Source: Candidatus Eiseniibacteriota bacterium (GTDB lineage Bacteria; Eisenbacteria; RBG-16-71-46; SZUA-252). Taken from it: a DNA stretch of 64,000 bases. Within the stretch, counting starts at the first letter, position 1, and the number at the start of each line of letters is the position of its first letter. A model generated the notes under the pieces. That model ran no database searches. It saw only the letters and a list, made by a program, of their open reading frames with translations, and was not told the origin of the DNA. The position numbers and the translations under genes are program-made. The DNA is taken from assembly GCA_031370645.1 (NCBI GenBank), contig JANMQV010000171.1:1-64000 (forward strand), in the 5' to 3' direction. Shown here piece after piece: positions 28,703 to 38,472 of this stretch.

Positions 28703-28752
28703 ATCAAACGTCGTGCCTAATTGTTAAGTTGTTATTTTACAATAGTTTAAAT
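28703..28752 (-). promoter_or_regulatory. sigma54-like promoter with upstream AT-rich IHF-like site
   Basis: Minus strand AGGCACG-ACGT-TTGAT (28718-28703; -12 TTGA variant); AT-rich tract containing AAATAACAACTTA resembling WATCAANNNNTTR. Confidence 0.5.
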
Positions 28753-28827
28753 ACTTTGTGTCGCTGGTAAGCTGGAGTTTTCGTGTCACTCTTGACACGC
28801 ATGGACTGGAGGAGCAGGCTAGGCATC

Positions 28828-29805
28828 ATGTTGAACCGGATGATTCACAACGGTTTCCGGTGGTGTGGTGCTTTTGACACGCGGTGTTCCGGTGGGGTCA
28901 CCTCCCCGCCCCGCCAGCGTCTCTCTTGCGTTGGGCTCACGGGGCTCTGCCTCCTACTCGCTGGCTGCGCCTCGAGCATCACGTCATCACAGGCACCCCG
29001 GGCATCGGCGCGACCCGGGATCGCGCTGCGGGCTCAGGTCATTTGGCATCGACTTCAATTTGTGTACGTCGCCCTCGAGGAGTGGAGCGAGGCCGCCCCC
29101 GGCGACACGCTCCGATTTGAGTCGGGTAACAACGAGATCGCGGTGGCCGAAATCGTGCAGCTCACCGATGGGCAAGTGGCGGTCGCACGCTTCGTCTCAG
29201 GGACGCTCTCGCGAGAACGAAGACTGGAGCGGCTCCGTGTCACGCTTCTGAGGCGAGCCCTTCCCGTTCCATCGGCACTTCGCGTCGGCGTTCCGTCGAG
29301 CCGGCGCGTCATTCTGAATTACGGCTGCGGACCATGGACACTGCGCCCTCCCTTGGGCCTGGCCTATCGGATCGAATCGACCGGCCGTCTGAGGTATCGA
29401 ATGACACGGGACTTGTCTCGCGATAGCACGACGTCGCTCCCCATGCCCGGCTCTTGGGCGGCCCGCGCGACCTCGTGGCCGGATACGATTGTCGTCAACG
29501 CATTCGAGGATGCGGCCGAGCAGGAGATCGCCCTCGAACGAGGTGATCTCGATGTCGCGCTCTTCGCGCCCGGCGAACTCTCGACTCGAATGCTGAAGGC
29601 CCCGCGCTGGCAGGACCGGCTCCTGGCCGATGGCGGCGCGCTCGCGGAATCTGCCGCCGATTCGAGCATGGCGATGGGGATGGCGATCCGCGGGGTTCCC
29701 TTTGTGGTGCTGACACCGCCCGAACTCGTGCCCTATATCCGCACCCTTCGGCCGGAGAATTTCCTTCGCATGCTCGACTGCGGAGTGCGAAGGCGTGGAG
29801 AGTGA
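28828..29805 (+). CDS. Hypothetical lipoprotein coupled to the sensor kinase
   Basis: LLLAGC lipobox; DTIVVNAFEDAAEQEIALERGDLDVAL resembles part of a family-5 solute-binding protein; stop overlaps the kinase start (GTGA); start uncertain. Confidence 0.6.
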   Translation: MLNRMIHNGFRWCGAFDTRCSGGVTSPPRQRLSCVGLTGLCLLLAGCASSITSSQAPRASARPGIALRAQVIWHRLQFVYVALEEWSEAAPGDTLRFESGNNEIAVAEIVQLTDGQVAVARFVSGTLSRERRLERLRVTLLRRALPVPSALRVGVPSSRRVILNYGCGPWTLRPPLGLAYRIESTGRLRYRMTRDLSRDSTTSLPMPGSWAARATSWPDTIVVNAFEDAAEQEIALERGDLDVALFAPGELSTRMLKAPRWQDRLLADGGALAESAADSSMAMGMAIRGVPFVVLTPPELVPYIRTLRPENFLRMLDCGVRRRGE

Positions 29806-31421
29806 ACTCCCTCCGCGCGCGGCTCATCGTCGCGTTCTCGGTCGTCGCGCTCGTGCCGCTCGCCATCGCGACGTTTCTCCTCGGCGGGCGCATCGAGACG
29901 ATGGTGCGCGACCAGGCACGCGAGCGACTGAGCGTCACGCTCGGCACGCTTCAGCGGCAGATGGCGGCCGAGGAACAACGCCTTTCCGAGCGACTCGCGA
30001 TTCTCGGGAGAGACGCGCAACTGAAGCGGCTCTACCTTCTCCGCCCCGGCAGCGATCGCGAACTAACGGAATACGTCGGCGAGCGGAAACTTCTCCTCGA
30101 ACTCGACTACCTCTATGTCTCCGATGCTGGCGGCACGGCCGTTTCGGGTGAGCAACCGACGGCCGGGCTCGCGTCGGGGGCCGAGGCCGCGATCCTCTAT
30201 CAGGGAGAGAGAGTCGGCGCGGTTCACGGCGGAACCCTTTTCAATCAGGCCGCGCTGGAGCGCATGGGCGCGAACGCCGGAGTCGAATTGCTCCTTCGTG
30301 ACGCCACGGGGGCCGTGATCGCGAACACGCTCGGGCCGCGGCTCGAACCGCGCCGGACGGACGTGGGACCGAACGCGCGTCTCGTGGTCGGCGGCCGATC
30401 GTTCTGGACCCGCCAGGTCGCGCTCGAATTCGGCGTCCAGGGCTCCGCGACGCTCACGGGGCTCGTCTCCACCCAGCCGGCCGATCGGGCGATCGCGGCG
30501 CTCCGTACGGCCACGCTGGTCCTCGCGGCGATCTGCGTCGCCATCGCGATCCTGCTCGGGCTTTTCTGGTCCTCGCAGGTCTCGAGGCCGGTCGAGCAGC
30601 TCGCGGCGTTCGCCGGGCGGGTGGCGGAGGGTTCGTGGGATGAACCGCTCCACCTTCGGAGTGTCCGCGAATTGGAAACGCTCGTGGAGGCGCTCGACCG
30701 GATGCGCCGCGACCTCGGGACCTATCGCGAGAAGTTGGTCGTGAGCGAGCGGCACGCGGCGTGGAGCGAGATGGCGAGAAGCGTCGCGCACGAGGTGAAG
30801 AATCCGCTCACCCCGATCGCGATCGCCATCGCGGATCTCAAGCGAAGCTACGAGCAGAAGCGCCCCGACTTCCCCACCATCCTCGACGAGGCGGCCCGCA
30901 CCATCGCCGACGAGGTGGAGACCTTGAAGCGTCTCCTCCAGGAGTTCTCCGAGTTCGCCCGCTTCCCGGCACCCCAACTCTCGCCGTGCGCACTCGGAGA
31001 AATCCTCTCCGATCTCCGAGCGCTCTATGCCCGCGAGGTGGAGGAGGGCCGGCTCCGCTTCCAAATCGCCGCGGAGCCGCTCGATGTGTCGGCCGACCGT
31101 GGCCAATTGCGACAGGCGCTCCTCAATTTGATCCTGAACGCCCGCGACGCCGCGGGAGCGACCGGGACCGTCACGGTTTCCGCATCGCGCACCGAGCGCG
31201 ACGCGCTTCTCACGGTGCGAGACACCGGTCCGGACCTTTCCCTGGAAGAACGGAAGCGCCTCTTCACCCCTGGGTTCACGACGAAAGTGGCCGGGAGCGG
31301 CATCGGGCTGACGATCGTCGAGCGAATCGTCAGCGAACATGGCGGTTCGATCGCGGTCGAGTCGTCCCCCGGCGCGGGGACCTCGTTCCACGTGCGCCTC
31401 CCGCTCTTGAGAGGGATCTGA
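29802..31421 (+). CDS. HAMP-domain sensor histidine kinase (NtrY-like)
   Basis: Two TM helices, HAMP, AWSEMARSVAHEVKNPLTPI H-box, NLILNA, DTGP, FTTK, GSGIGL. Confidence 0.92.
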   Translation: MNSLRARLIVAFSVVALVPLAIATFLLGGRIETMVRDQARERLSVTLGTLQRQMAAEEQRLSERLAILGRDAQLKRLYLLRPGSDRELTEYVGERKLLLELDYLYVSDAGGTAVSGEQPTAGLASGAEAAILYQGERVGAVHGGTLFNQAALERMGANAGVELLLRDATGAVIANTLGPRLEPRRTDVGPNARLVVGGRSFWTRQVALEFGVQGSATLTGLVSTQPADRAIAALRTATLVLAAICVAIAILLGLFWSSQVSRPVEQLAAFAGRVAEGSWDEPLHLRSVRELETLVEALDRMRRDLGTYREKLVVSERHAAWSEMARSVAHEVKNPLTPIAIAIADLKRSYEQKRPDFPTILDEAARTIADEVETLKRLLQEFSEFARFPAPQLSPCALGEILSDLRALYAREVEEGRLRFQIAAEPLDVSADRGQLRQALLNLILNARDAAGATGTVTVSASRTERDALLTVRDTGPDLSLEERKRLFTPGFTTKVAGSGIGLTIVERIVSEHGGSIAVESSPGAGTSFHVRLPLLRGI

Positions 31422-31423
31422 CC

Positions 31424-32782
31424 GTGCCGACACTCCTTCTCGTCGATGACGAAGCCAATATTCGCTCGAGCCTCCAGGGCGCCTTGGGCCGCGAGAATTA
31501 TGAGACCGATGTCGCTGCGAATCTGGCCGAAGCCCGTACCCGGCTTCGTGAGTCGTACGACGTCGTTCTCCTCGACGTCCGGCTGCCCGATGGAAGCGGC
31601 CTCGATCTCCTCCCCGAGATCCTCGCGGGCCACCCCGAGACGATCGTCATCATGATGTCGGGGCACGCCACGATCGAGGCCGCGGTGCGGGCGACACGTC
31701 TCGGGGCATTCGACTTCTTGGAGAAGCCGCTGTCGTTGGAGCGGCTCCTCATCCTGCTCCGGAACGCGACCACCTCGCTGGCGCTTCGAAGCGAGCTTTC
31801 GCGCCTCCGTCGCGACACCGCGTACCCCATCGTCGGCGCCTCCCCGGCCGTGCGGCAACTCCTCCACGAGATCGAGGTCGCCGGTGAACGGCAGGCGCGC
31901 GTCTTGATCGAAGGGGAAAACGGCACCGGCAAGGAACTCGTGGCGCGGGCGCTTCACGCGGCGAGCCCGCGCCGGGACCGCCCCTTCGTCCCGGTGAACT
32001 GCGCCGCGATCCCCGACGAGTTGATCGAATCGGAGCTCTTCGGTCACGAGCGCGGCGCCTTCACGGGCGCGACGCAAGCGAGGCGGGGGCGTTTCGAGGA
32101 GGCTCACGGCGGCACGCTCTTCCTGGACGAAGTCGGCGACTTGAGCCCCCGCGCCCAAACGAAGCTGCTTCGCGTCCTTCAGGAGCAGGAGTTGACGCGC
32201 GTCGGCGGCAACCGCGCGATCAAGGTCGACGTGAGGGTCCTCGCGGCGACGAACCGCGGCTTGGCGGCGCTCGTGAAGGAAGGACGGTTCCGCGAAGATC
32301 TCTACTATCGCCTTGCGGTTGTGCCGATCGCGGTGCCGCCGCTACGTGACCGAGCGGAGGACGTGCCGCTCCTCGTGGAGCACTTCTCGTCCCAGATCGC
32401 GAAGGAGCGGGGGACCAGGCCGCGCGCCTTCTCCCCGGCGGCCCTCGACCTCCTCGGTCGGTATGCCTTTCCAGGAAATATCCGGGAACTCCGGAATCTC
32501 GTGGAGCGGCTCCTCATCATGTCCCAAGGGTCCCGCGTCGGGGCCGAGGAAGTGGCGGCCGTCCTCCCTCGGGACGAGCAGGAAGCCGCGAGCGGATCGG
32601 CCGAGCCGGCGCGGCTGGCCGAGGCGGTTCGCGAGTTCGAGCGGGCGCGCATCGAGGAGGCGCTTCGGGCCGAGGGCGGGAGCATGACAAAAGCGGCGGC
32701 ACGACTCGGGCTGGAACGGAGCCATCTCTACAAGAAGATGAAAACACTCGGCTGGGTCGTAGAAAAAAAGAAGACTCCGTGA
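31424..32782 (+). CDS. sigma54-dependent response regulator (NtrC/NtrX family)
   Basis: Receiver (LLVDDE, LLDVRLP, EKP), AAA+ with GENGTGKE and GAFTGA, Fis-type HTH; GTG start at 31424. Confidence 0.93.
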   Translation: MPTLLLVDDEANIRSSLQGALGRENYETDVAANLAEARTRLRESYDVVLLDVRLPDGSGLDLLPEILAGHPETIVIMMSGHATIEAAVRATRLGAFDFLEKPLSLERLLILLRNATTSLALRSELSRLRRDTAYPIVGASPAVRQLLHEIEVAGERQARVLIEGENGTGKELVARALHAASPRRDRPFVPVNCAAIPDELIESELFGHERGAFTGATQARRGRFEEAHGGTLFLDEVGDLSPRAQTKLLRVLQEQELTRVGGNRAIKVDVRVLAATNRGLAALVKEGRFREDLYYRLAVVPIAVPPLRDRAEDVPLLVEHFSSQIAKERGTRPRAFSPAALDLLGRYAFPGNIRELRNLVERLLIMSQGSRVGAEEVAAVLPRDEQEAASGSAEPARLAEAVREFERARIEEALRAEGGSMTKAAARLGLERSHLYKKMKTLGWVVEKKKTP

Positions 32783-32795
32783 CCTAAGTCACGGA
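32776..32795. promoter_or_regulatory. Palindrome resembling a Crp/Fnr-family operator
   Basis: TCCGTGAC-CTAA-GTCACGGA, i.e. GTGA-N6-TCAC with 8-bp perfect arms. Confidence 0.4.
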
Positions 32796-32942
32796 ATCTC
32801 GCCCCTTGCCGGTGGCAGAATCCGAATCGGGTTTCCGGCGGTGCTCGGCGTTCGATCTGCCTCACGGCCCTCACATCTAGAAGCGCGCCCGCGGATGAGG
32901 GTCTGACCTGCACCCCACGGCTCGCCGACGCGCCGCCGGTCC

Positions 32943-33671
32943 CTAACGTTCTTCTACGATCGCCGCGATCTCCCGCAATACGGCTCCGTTCTTCAAGCCA
33001 ATCCTGCCCCGCGAAAGCGTGATCGCACCGAGCCGCTCGAGTTCCTTCAGGAGCCGGCTGACCACCTCTCGCGCCGTTCCGAGATCCGACGCTAATTCCG
33101 CATGGGTAATCTCGACGCTAGGGCGCTTCCCGCCCTCGGGCGGTGAAACCACAAGAATGTCGTGGAGTCGCCTCGCCAGCCGCTGATCCATGCGACGGAA
33201 CGCGACTTCCTCGACGAGCGACATCATCTCGCTCAGCCGCGTCGCGAACGTGGTGAAGACGAAGGTGCGAAGCCCTTCGTGCCGCGCCATCAAACTCCGG
33301 AAGGTCGCGGCGGGAATGACGATCGCCTCCACGTCCTCCTCGACGCGCGCCATGGCAGGCACCGGCCGGTCGGAGAGAATGCAGGAGACATTGAGAGGAC
33401 ACGCTTCTCCGGCACCGACATGGTAGAGCGTGATCTCATGCCCGCGCTCACCGAGCTTGAAGACCCGCATGCGCCCGGAGACGAGTACCGCGAAGTGGGC
33501 GCAGGAGTCCCCCTCCCGCAAGAAATAGGCGCCCGCTTCTAAATGAACGAGGCTCGCCGACTCGGTGATCTCGCGGCGGAGTTCCGGTGTGGCGAGCGTA
33601 AAGAATGTCGTTTTGGCGAGGGACTCGCGCTTGGAGTCGGCGGCGCGATCGCCGGCAATGGAACGGGACAT
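32943..33671 (-). CDS. Crp/Fnr family transcriptional regulator
   Basis: cNMP-binding fold plus HTH ITHAELASDLGTAREVVSRLLK; no FNR-type N-terminal Cys cluster; start 33671 after GGAGG. Confidence 0.92.
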   Translation of the reverse strand: MSRSIAGDRAADSKRESLAKTTFFTLATPELRREITESASLVHLEAGAYFLREGDSCAHFAVLVSGRMRVFKLGERGHEITLYHVGAGEACPLNVSCILSDRPVPAMARVEEDVEAIVIPAATFRSLMARHEGLRTFVFTTFATRLSEMMSLVEEVAFRRMDQRLARRLHDILVVSPPEGGKRPSVEITHAELASDLGTAREVVSRLLKELERLGAITLSRGRIGLKNGAVLREIAAIVEER

Positions 33672-33833
33672 CTGCAGGTCCTCCACGGGAGGGTCAGCGG
33701 GGCGATGGGGAAGTCGCCCGTCCCTATTAGTTATACCTCAACTCCGGCGCCGAGGGCGAGGGCCACGACGCGGTCGGCGGGGACGGCACCCCAGAAGGCG
33801 CGCTCGCCGTTCCCGTGGAGTTCAGCTAACTCC

Positions 33834-34595
33834 TTACTTCTTCAGCGTCCCCCACCCCGCTCCGCGCCCGGCCCAGGTCTGCTTCGCCACCGGAAGGTGG
33901 CCGACGTCGCTGTAGATCACGAGCCGTGTGCCGCCGTCCGGCCGCACGCCCACGATGGTGAGCGAGGCATTGCCGATATCGAGCGAGGTCCAGTGCCGGG
34001 TGTCATTCCCCAAAGCGCGATTCACGAACCAACGGATCACGTTCCCATGGCAGACGAGCACGTCGTGCGTGTCCGCATCCGGCGAGGGGGTGAAGTACTT
34101 CGCCCAGGCTGCCTCCATGGCGGCTTGGCACGCCGCGAGATCCGCGGGGTCGTTAGCCTCGTTCACCCCGGGCCTCGAGGAGGGGGCGGTGCACTCCGCG
34201 AGAAGGGAGTCGCGCTCGGCGGTCCGCCCGATGATGGCGCCAATCTCGTCCACGGTTTCGATCGCGCGCCGAAGGTCGCTGCTAACGAAGCGTTCCAGTT
34301 TCACCGGGAGCGCGGCGAGCCGCTCCCCGAGCAGGCGCGCCTGTTCGCGTCCCAATGGGCTCAGGCCGTTCGCGGTCCTATCGTCGAGCGAATCGACCCG
34401 ATCGTAGTGGCCGTGTCGAATCAAATAGACGAAGCGGATTCCCTCCGCCGTAGGGCCCGCCGAACTTCCGCCGTTCGATTCGGCGCCCTCCGTCGGAGAC
34501 GATACGGAAAGACCCGCCGCGGTGAGCCCCGCGATGGCGGCCGCCCGTAGCGCTCCGCCCTTCCCCGAGCGTCGTCCCTTCCGCGGTTTCGTCAC
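33834..34595 (-). CDS. Histidine phosphatase family protein (PGAM5-like) with signal-like N-terminus
   Basis: [34 protein letters not shown]. Confidence 0.85.
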   Translation of the reverse strand: MTKPRKGRRSGKGGALRAAAIAGLTAAGLSVSSPTEGAESNGGSSAGPTAEGIRFVYLIRHGHYDRVDSLDDRTANGLSPLGREQARLLGERLAALPVKLERFVSSDLRRAIETVDEIGAIIGRTAERDSLLAECTAPSSRPGVNEANDPADLAACQAAMEAAWAKYFTPSPDADTHDVLVCHGNVIRWFVNRALGNDTRHWTSLDIGNASLTIVGVRPDGGTRLVIYSDVGHLPVAKQTWAGRGAGWGTLKK

Positions 34596-34795
34596 GTCAC
34601 CTCCTCGCCTTCGCGGGCAGGCGTGCCGGGGTCGTTCGATTTCGACGTGTTGGTCGCCACGTCGTCGTGAAGGGCCCGGATGGCTGGAGTCTCGAGATCA
34701 TCGAACTGCCCTCGTTTCGCCGCCCATAGGTAGGCCACTACCGCGGCCGTGACGACGATGAGGGCGAGCGGAAGGACAATGTAGAGAACGCTCAT
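34592..34795 (-). CDS. ccoS: cbb3-type oxidase assembly protein CcoS/FixS
   Basis: [31 protein letters not shown]. Confidence 0.9.
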   Translation of the reverse strand: MSVLYIVLPLALIVVTAAVVAYLWAAKRGQFDDLETPAIRALHDDVATNTSKSNDPGTPAREGEEVT

Positions 34796-37257
34796 CGATT
34801 CGCCTCGAAGGTTCGGCTTTTCCAGGAAGTGAGGACAACCGTGATGGAACTCGCCGGCATGAGAATCGCGGCGAGAAGCGGGTTGATCTGCCCGGTCATG
34901 GCGAGTGCCGCGCCGACGAGATTGTACGCCACCGAAAGCGCGATGTTCCGCCGGATGACGGCGAGGGTTTTTCGCGATCCATCCACGAGCCTCACCAGGC
35001 TTTCGAGGCCGGGGCGTGTCAAATAGACATCGGCCGAAGCGAGGCTCGCCTCCGCGCCCCCACCGACGGCCACACCGACCGATGCACGGGCGATGGCGGC
35101 GGCGTCGTTGACGCCGTCCCCCACCATGACGACGCGAGAGCGGCCTTCCGCTTTCTCCACGACACGGAGTTTCTCCTCCGGTGAGGCGCCGCCACGACAG
35201 CGGTCGGCCGGAATGCCGAGCGCCGAACCGACCGACGCGACGAGCGCGGGATCGTCCCCGGAGAGGAGGTGCGGAATGTAGCCGCGTGTTCGAAGCGCGG
35301 AGAGCGAGGCGGCGGCACCCGGGCGAATGGCGTCGCCGAAGAGGGCGCGCCCTTCGACGCGGCCATCGACCGCGACCCAGACGGGAGTCCCCTCCGGCAC
35401 CCCGGATCGATCGAGCGATTCGATGCCGGGACGATCGCCCGAGGTCTCCGACAACCGCGCGGCGACGAAGCGCGGAGAGCCGACCACCACCGGCCGGCCG
35501 CCCACCTTCCCTTCCACGCCCCCTCCCGCCGTGTACGCGACATCGTCGGCGCGAGCGGGTACGACGTCGCTCCACGCTCGCTCGAAACCGGCGGCAAGCG
35601 GATGGGACGTGTGGCGCTCGAGCCCAAGGACGAGCGGCCTCAACGAATCAGCCCCCTCCCACGAAAGGAGCGACGTCCTTCCTTCCGTCACGGTTCCCGT
35701 CTTGTCGAGATAGAGATCTCCCGGCCGCGCCAACGCCTCGAGCGCCGCGCCGCCGCGGATGAGGATGCCATCCCGCGCCGCCCTTCCGATCGCGACCGAC
35801 ACCGCGAGCGGGGTGGCCAGGGCCAGCGCGCAGGGGCAGGTCACGATGAGAAGCGCGATCGCCTGATCCATGGCGAACGACGGCGAGGAGCGCCACCAAA
35901 GCAGCAATGTCACGAGCGAGAGCGCGAGTACCGCCAGAACGAAGAGACCCGAGAGCCGGTCCGCAGTCGCCACGATCGGCGCACGGCGCTGCGCGCCGGC
36001 CTCGGCTTCGCGGAGGATCGCTCCGAGGCGGCTCTCCTCCCCCGCCCGCTCCACGCGGATCCGAACGAGCGATCCGCGATTGACCGACCCCGCGAAAACT
36101 TCGTCTCCCGCTCCGACCGGGACCGGTCGCGATTCGCCGGTGAGGAGGGAGAGATCGATGCTGGTGCGCCCCGCCACAACGACGCCGTCGGCGGCGAGCG
36201 TCTCCTCCGCTCGGACTTCCACGATCATTCCGGGGAGAAGCGCTTCCACGGGGATGTCTCGCATCTCCTCCCCATCCGTCACGCGCGCCGTCGCGGGAGA
36301 GAGGGAGTGGAGAAGTTCCGCCGAATCGCCCGCGGCGCGCTGCGCACGCTGCTGAAGAAACCGGCCGACGAGAAGGAGAAATATAAGAAGCGTCACGCCG
36401 TCGAAGTAGATCGGCCCCTCGTCCCTCAGGGTATTCACAAGTCCGCGGCCGTAGCCCGCCGCGAGCGCGATGGCGATCGGGAGATCCATGTGGAGGGAAC
36501 GCGTGCGAAGGGCGGCCCACGCCCCACGAAAGAAGACGCGCCCCGGCCACAGCAGGGCCGGAGTCACCAGGAGGAGGCTGAACCAGCGGAAGGTGCGCTC
36601 GTAGGCGGGCTCCATGCCGGTCAGAAAACCGCTGTAGAGCGCGAGCGCCGCGAGCATCGCGTTCACCGCGATGGCCCCCGCCACGCCGATCCGCCCAAGC
36701 GCGGCCCGATCCTCCTCGCGCCGCGCGCGATCGCGACGGAGTCCTCGATAGGGGCGAGGGCGATAGCCGAGCGTGTCGAGCGTTCGGGCGATGGCCGAGA
36801 GCGTCACGCCGGCTCCGTCCCAGACCACCTGCACGCGGGCACGGCCGGCGTCGAGTTCCGCGCGCGACATTCCCGGGAGAAGAAGCGGGACGCGCTCCAC
36901 CAGCCAGACGCACGAACCGCACTCCACCCCCTCGAGGTAGAAGGAGGTCTCGAGGAGTCCGTCGGCCTGGGTGGTCACGTAGAGTTCGTGGAACGACTCG
37001 TGGTCGAATTCTTCGAAGCGCCGCTCGGTGGAAGCGACCCGGGCGTGTCGCCGCTCCGCCATGCCGTAGTAGGCGTCGAGCCCTCCCTCCCGAAGAATGC
37101 CGTGGACGGTGGCGCATCCGGCGCAGCAGAACGACGGCCCGGCGCCCTCCCGTTCCTCCACTCCCGAGCCGACGGGGAGGCCGCAGTGCGCGCACGCGAC
37201 TCCCGAGCGGGACTCGCGCTCCGCGAGCTCCGGGGTCGCGGTACTAGCGAGCGCCAT
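34792..37257 (-). CDS. ccoI: Heavy-metal (Cu) P1B-type ATPase CcoI/FixI
   Basis: CAHC..CCAGC, CGSC HMA domain, [22 protein letters not shown]. Confidence 0.92.
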   Translation of the reverse strand: MALASTATPELAERESRSGVACAHCGLPVGSGVEEREGAGPSFCCAGCATVHGILREGGLDAYYGMAERRHARVASTERRFEEFDHESFHELYVTTQADGLLETSFYLEGVECGSCVWLVERVPLLLPGMSRAELDAGRARVQVVWDGAGVTLSAIARTLDTLGYRPRPYRGLRRDRARREEDRAALGRIGVAGAIAVNAMLAALALYSGFLTGMEPAYERTFRWFSLLLVTPALLWPGRVFFRGAWAALRTRSLHMDLPIAIALAAGYGRGLVNTLRDEGPIYFDGVTLLIFLLLVGRFLQQRAQRAAGDSAELLHSLSPATARVTDGEEMRDIPVEALLPGMIVEVRAEETLAADGVVVAGRTSIDLSLLTGESRPVPVGAGDEVFAGSVNRGSLVRIRVERAGEESRLGAILREAEAGAQRRAPIVATADRLSGLFVLAVLALSLVTLLLWWRSSPSFAMDQAIALLIVTCPCALALATPLAVSVAIGRAARDGILIRGGAALEALARPGDLYLDKTGTVTEGRTSLLSWEGADSLRPLVLGLERHTSHPLAAGFERAWSDVVPARADDVAYTAGGGVEGKVGGRPVVVGSPRFVAARLSETSGDRPGIESLDRSGVPEGTPVWVAVDGRVEGRALFGDAIRPGAAASLSALRTRGYIPHLLSGDDPALVASVGSALGIPADRCRGGASPEEKLRVVEKAEGRSRVVMVGDGVNDAAAIARASVGVAVGGGAEASLASADVYLTRPGLESLVRLVDGSRKTLAVIRRNIALSVAYNLVGAALAMTGQINPLLAAILMPASSITVVLTSWKSRTFEANR

Positions 37258-37999
37258 GCCCCGCGCCGTTCGCGTCGTGCGTGGCATGGGGACTCGTGCC
37301 CGATCCGGGCATGCCGGCGTGGTGCCGATGCGCGCCGAGCGGCTGCATGCGGCCCGCCAGGGTCAGAAGTCCGAGCACGATGAGGAGCGACGCCGATACA
37401 ACCGGAAGCCGCGCTCGAAGCGCCCCGAGCGCACGGTCGGCGAGGAAGCCGAAACTCGCGAGGATGGGGAGTGTCCCTGCCCAGAAGACGATCATGACGA
37501 CGAGCCCCGCGAGCGGAGCCCCTGTCCCCGCCGCCACGGTGACGAAGCCGTAAAGGAATCCACACGGAATCACGGTCGTCACGAGGCCGATCGCCACGGC
37601 GCGCGCAACCGGATTCCAGGAGCGCATGCCTCGAACGAATGGCGCGAGGGCGCGATGGAGCGGCGATGGAGTCGCGGGGCTCGAGGCGAGCCTTCCGGTC
37701 GCTCGGAGAAGGTTCATCCCACCCCAGACGATCATGAGAAAGCCCGCGACGATGGGGGCCGCGCGAAAGAAGCCGACGGCGGCGCCGGCATGCTCCACGC
37801 CGGCGCCGATACCGCCTGCGATCGCGCCAAGCGTCGCGTACGAAACGAGGCGCCCGGCGTGATACGCCCCCTGAACGAGCCATCGGCGCTTCCCCGTCGC
37901 CTCCCCGGTCACGAAGCAGACGAAGCCGCCGCACATGCCGACGCAATGGGGGCTCCCGATCAGGGTGGCGGCAAGGACGGCGCCCGCGACTTCGATCAT
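37244..37999 (-). CDS. Sulfite exporter TauE/SafE-like (DsbD_2) membrane protein of cbb3 clusters
   Basis: GSPHCVGMCGG, YHAGRLVSY, IPCGFLY, FWAGTLP. Confidence 0.85.
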   Translation of the reverse strand: MIEVAGAVLAATLIGSPHCVGMCGGFVCFVTGEATGKRRWLVQGAYHAGRLVSYATLGAIAGGIGAGVEHAGAAVGFFRAAPIVAGFLMIVWGGMNLLRATGRLASSPATPSPLHRALAPFVRGMRSWNPVARAVAIGLVTTVIPCGFLYGFVTVAAGTGAPLAGLVVMIVFWAGTLPILASFGFLADRALGALRARLPVVSASLLIVLGLLTLAGRMQPLGAHRHHAGMPGSGTSPHATHDANGAGHGAR

Positions 38000-38472
38000 G
38001 GCGTCCGAATCAGTTCGCGCCGGAGATCGGCGGTGAAGGAGTTGCTCCGATCCTCGACGCGGAAGCGAAGTTCCCAGAGCCCGGCCCGTCGGAACGGAAG
38101 CGAGGCCGAGTACTCTCCGGGCGCTGTTTCACGAAGCCTCCCCGCAACGGGATTTCCGGCGTCGAGATTGTGGATCCCGACGACGGAGACGCGAGCGCCG
38201 GAGACGGGAGCGGCCTGGCGATCCGCGACCCGGGCATGAATGAGCGCGCCTTCCGCGGCCGGCGCGAGTTCCGCCTGGACGCTCCAGCCGAGCGAGTCGT
38301 CACGCGCCTCCTGGGCCATCGTGGAATCCCACGCGACCGCTTTTCGATAGTAGTCCGGCTCGACGACCGCCTGGCGAGGATCGTTCGCGGCGAAGAGGAG
38401 CACCATATTCGCCGCGACCGTGACGACGAGGGCGCCGATCACCGCGATCGGCCAGAGCGTGGCGGGTTTCAC
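37996..38472 (-). CDS. fixH: FixH/CcoH family protein
   Basis: WPIAVIGAL TM helix, VEPDYYRKAVAWD, AGLWELR; GTG start overlaps the ccoG stop. Confidence 0.8.
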   Translation of the reverse strand: MKPATLWPIAVIGALVVTVAANMVLLFAANDPRQAVVEPDYYRKAVAWDSTMAQEARDDSLGWSVQAELAPAAEGALIHARVADRQAAPVSGARVSVVGIHNLDAGNPVAGRLRETAPGEYSASLPFRRAGLWELRFRVEDRSNSFTADLRRELIRTP

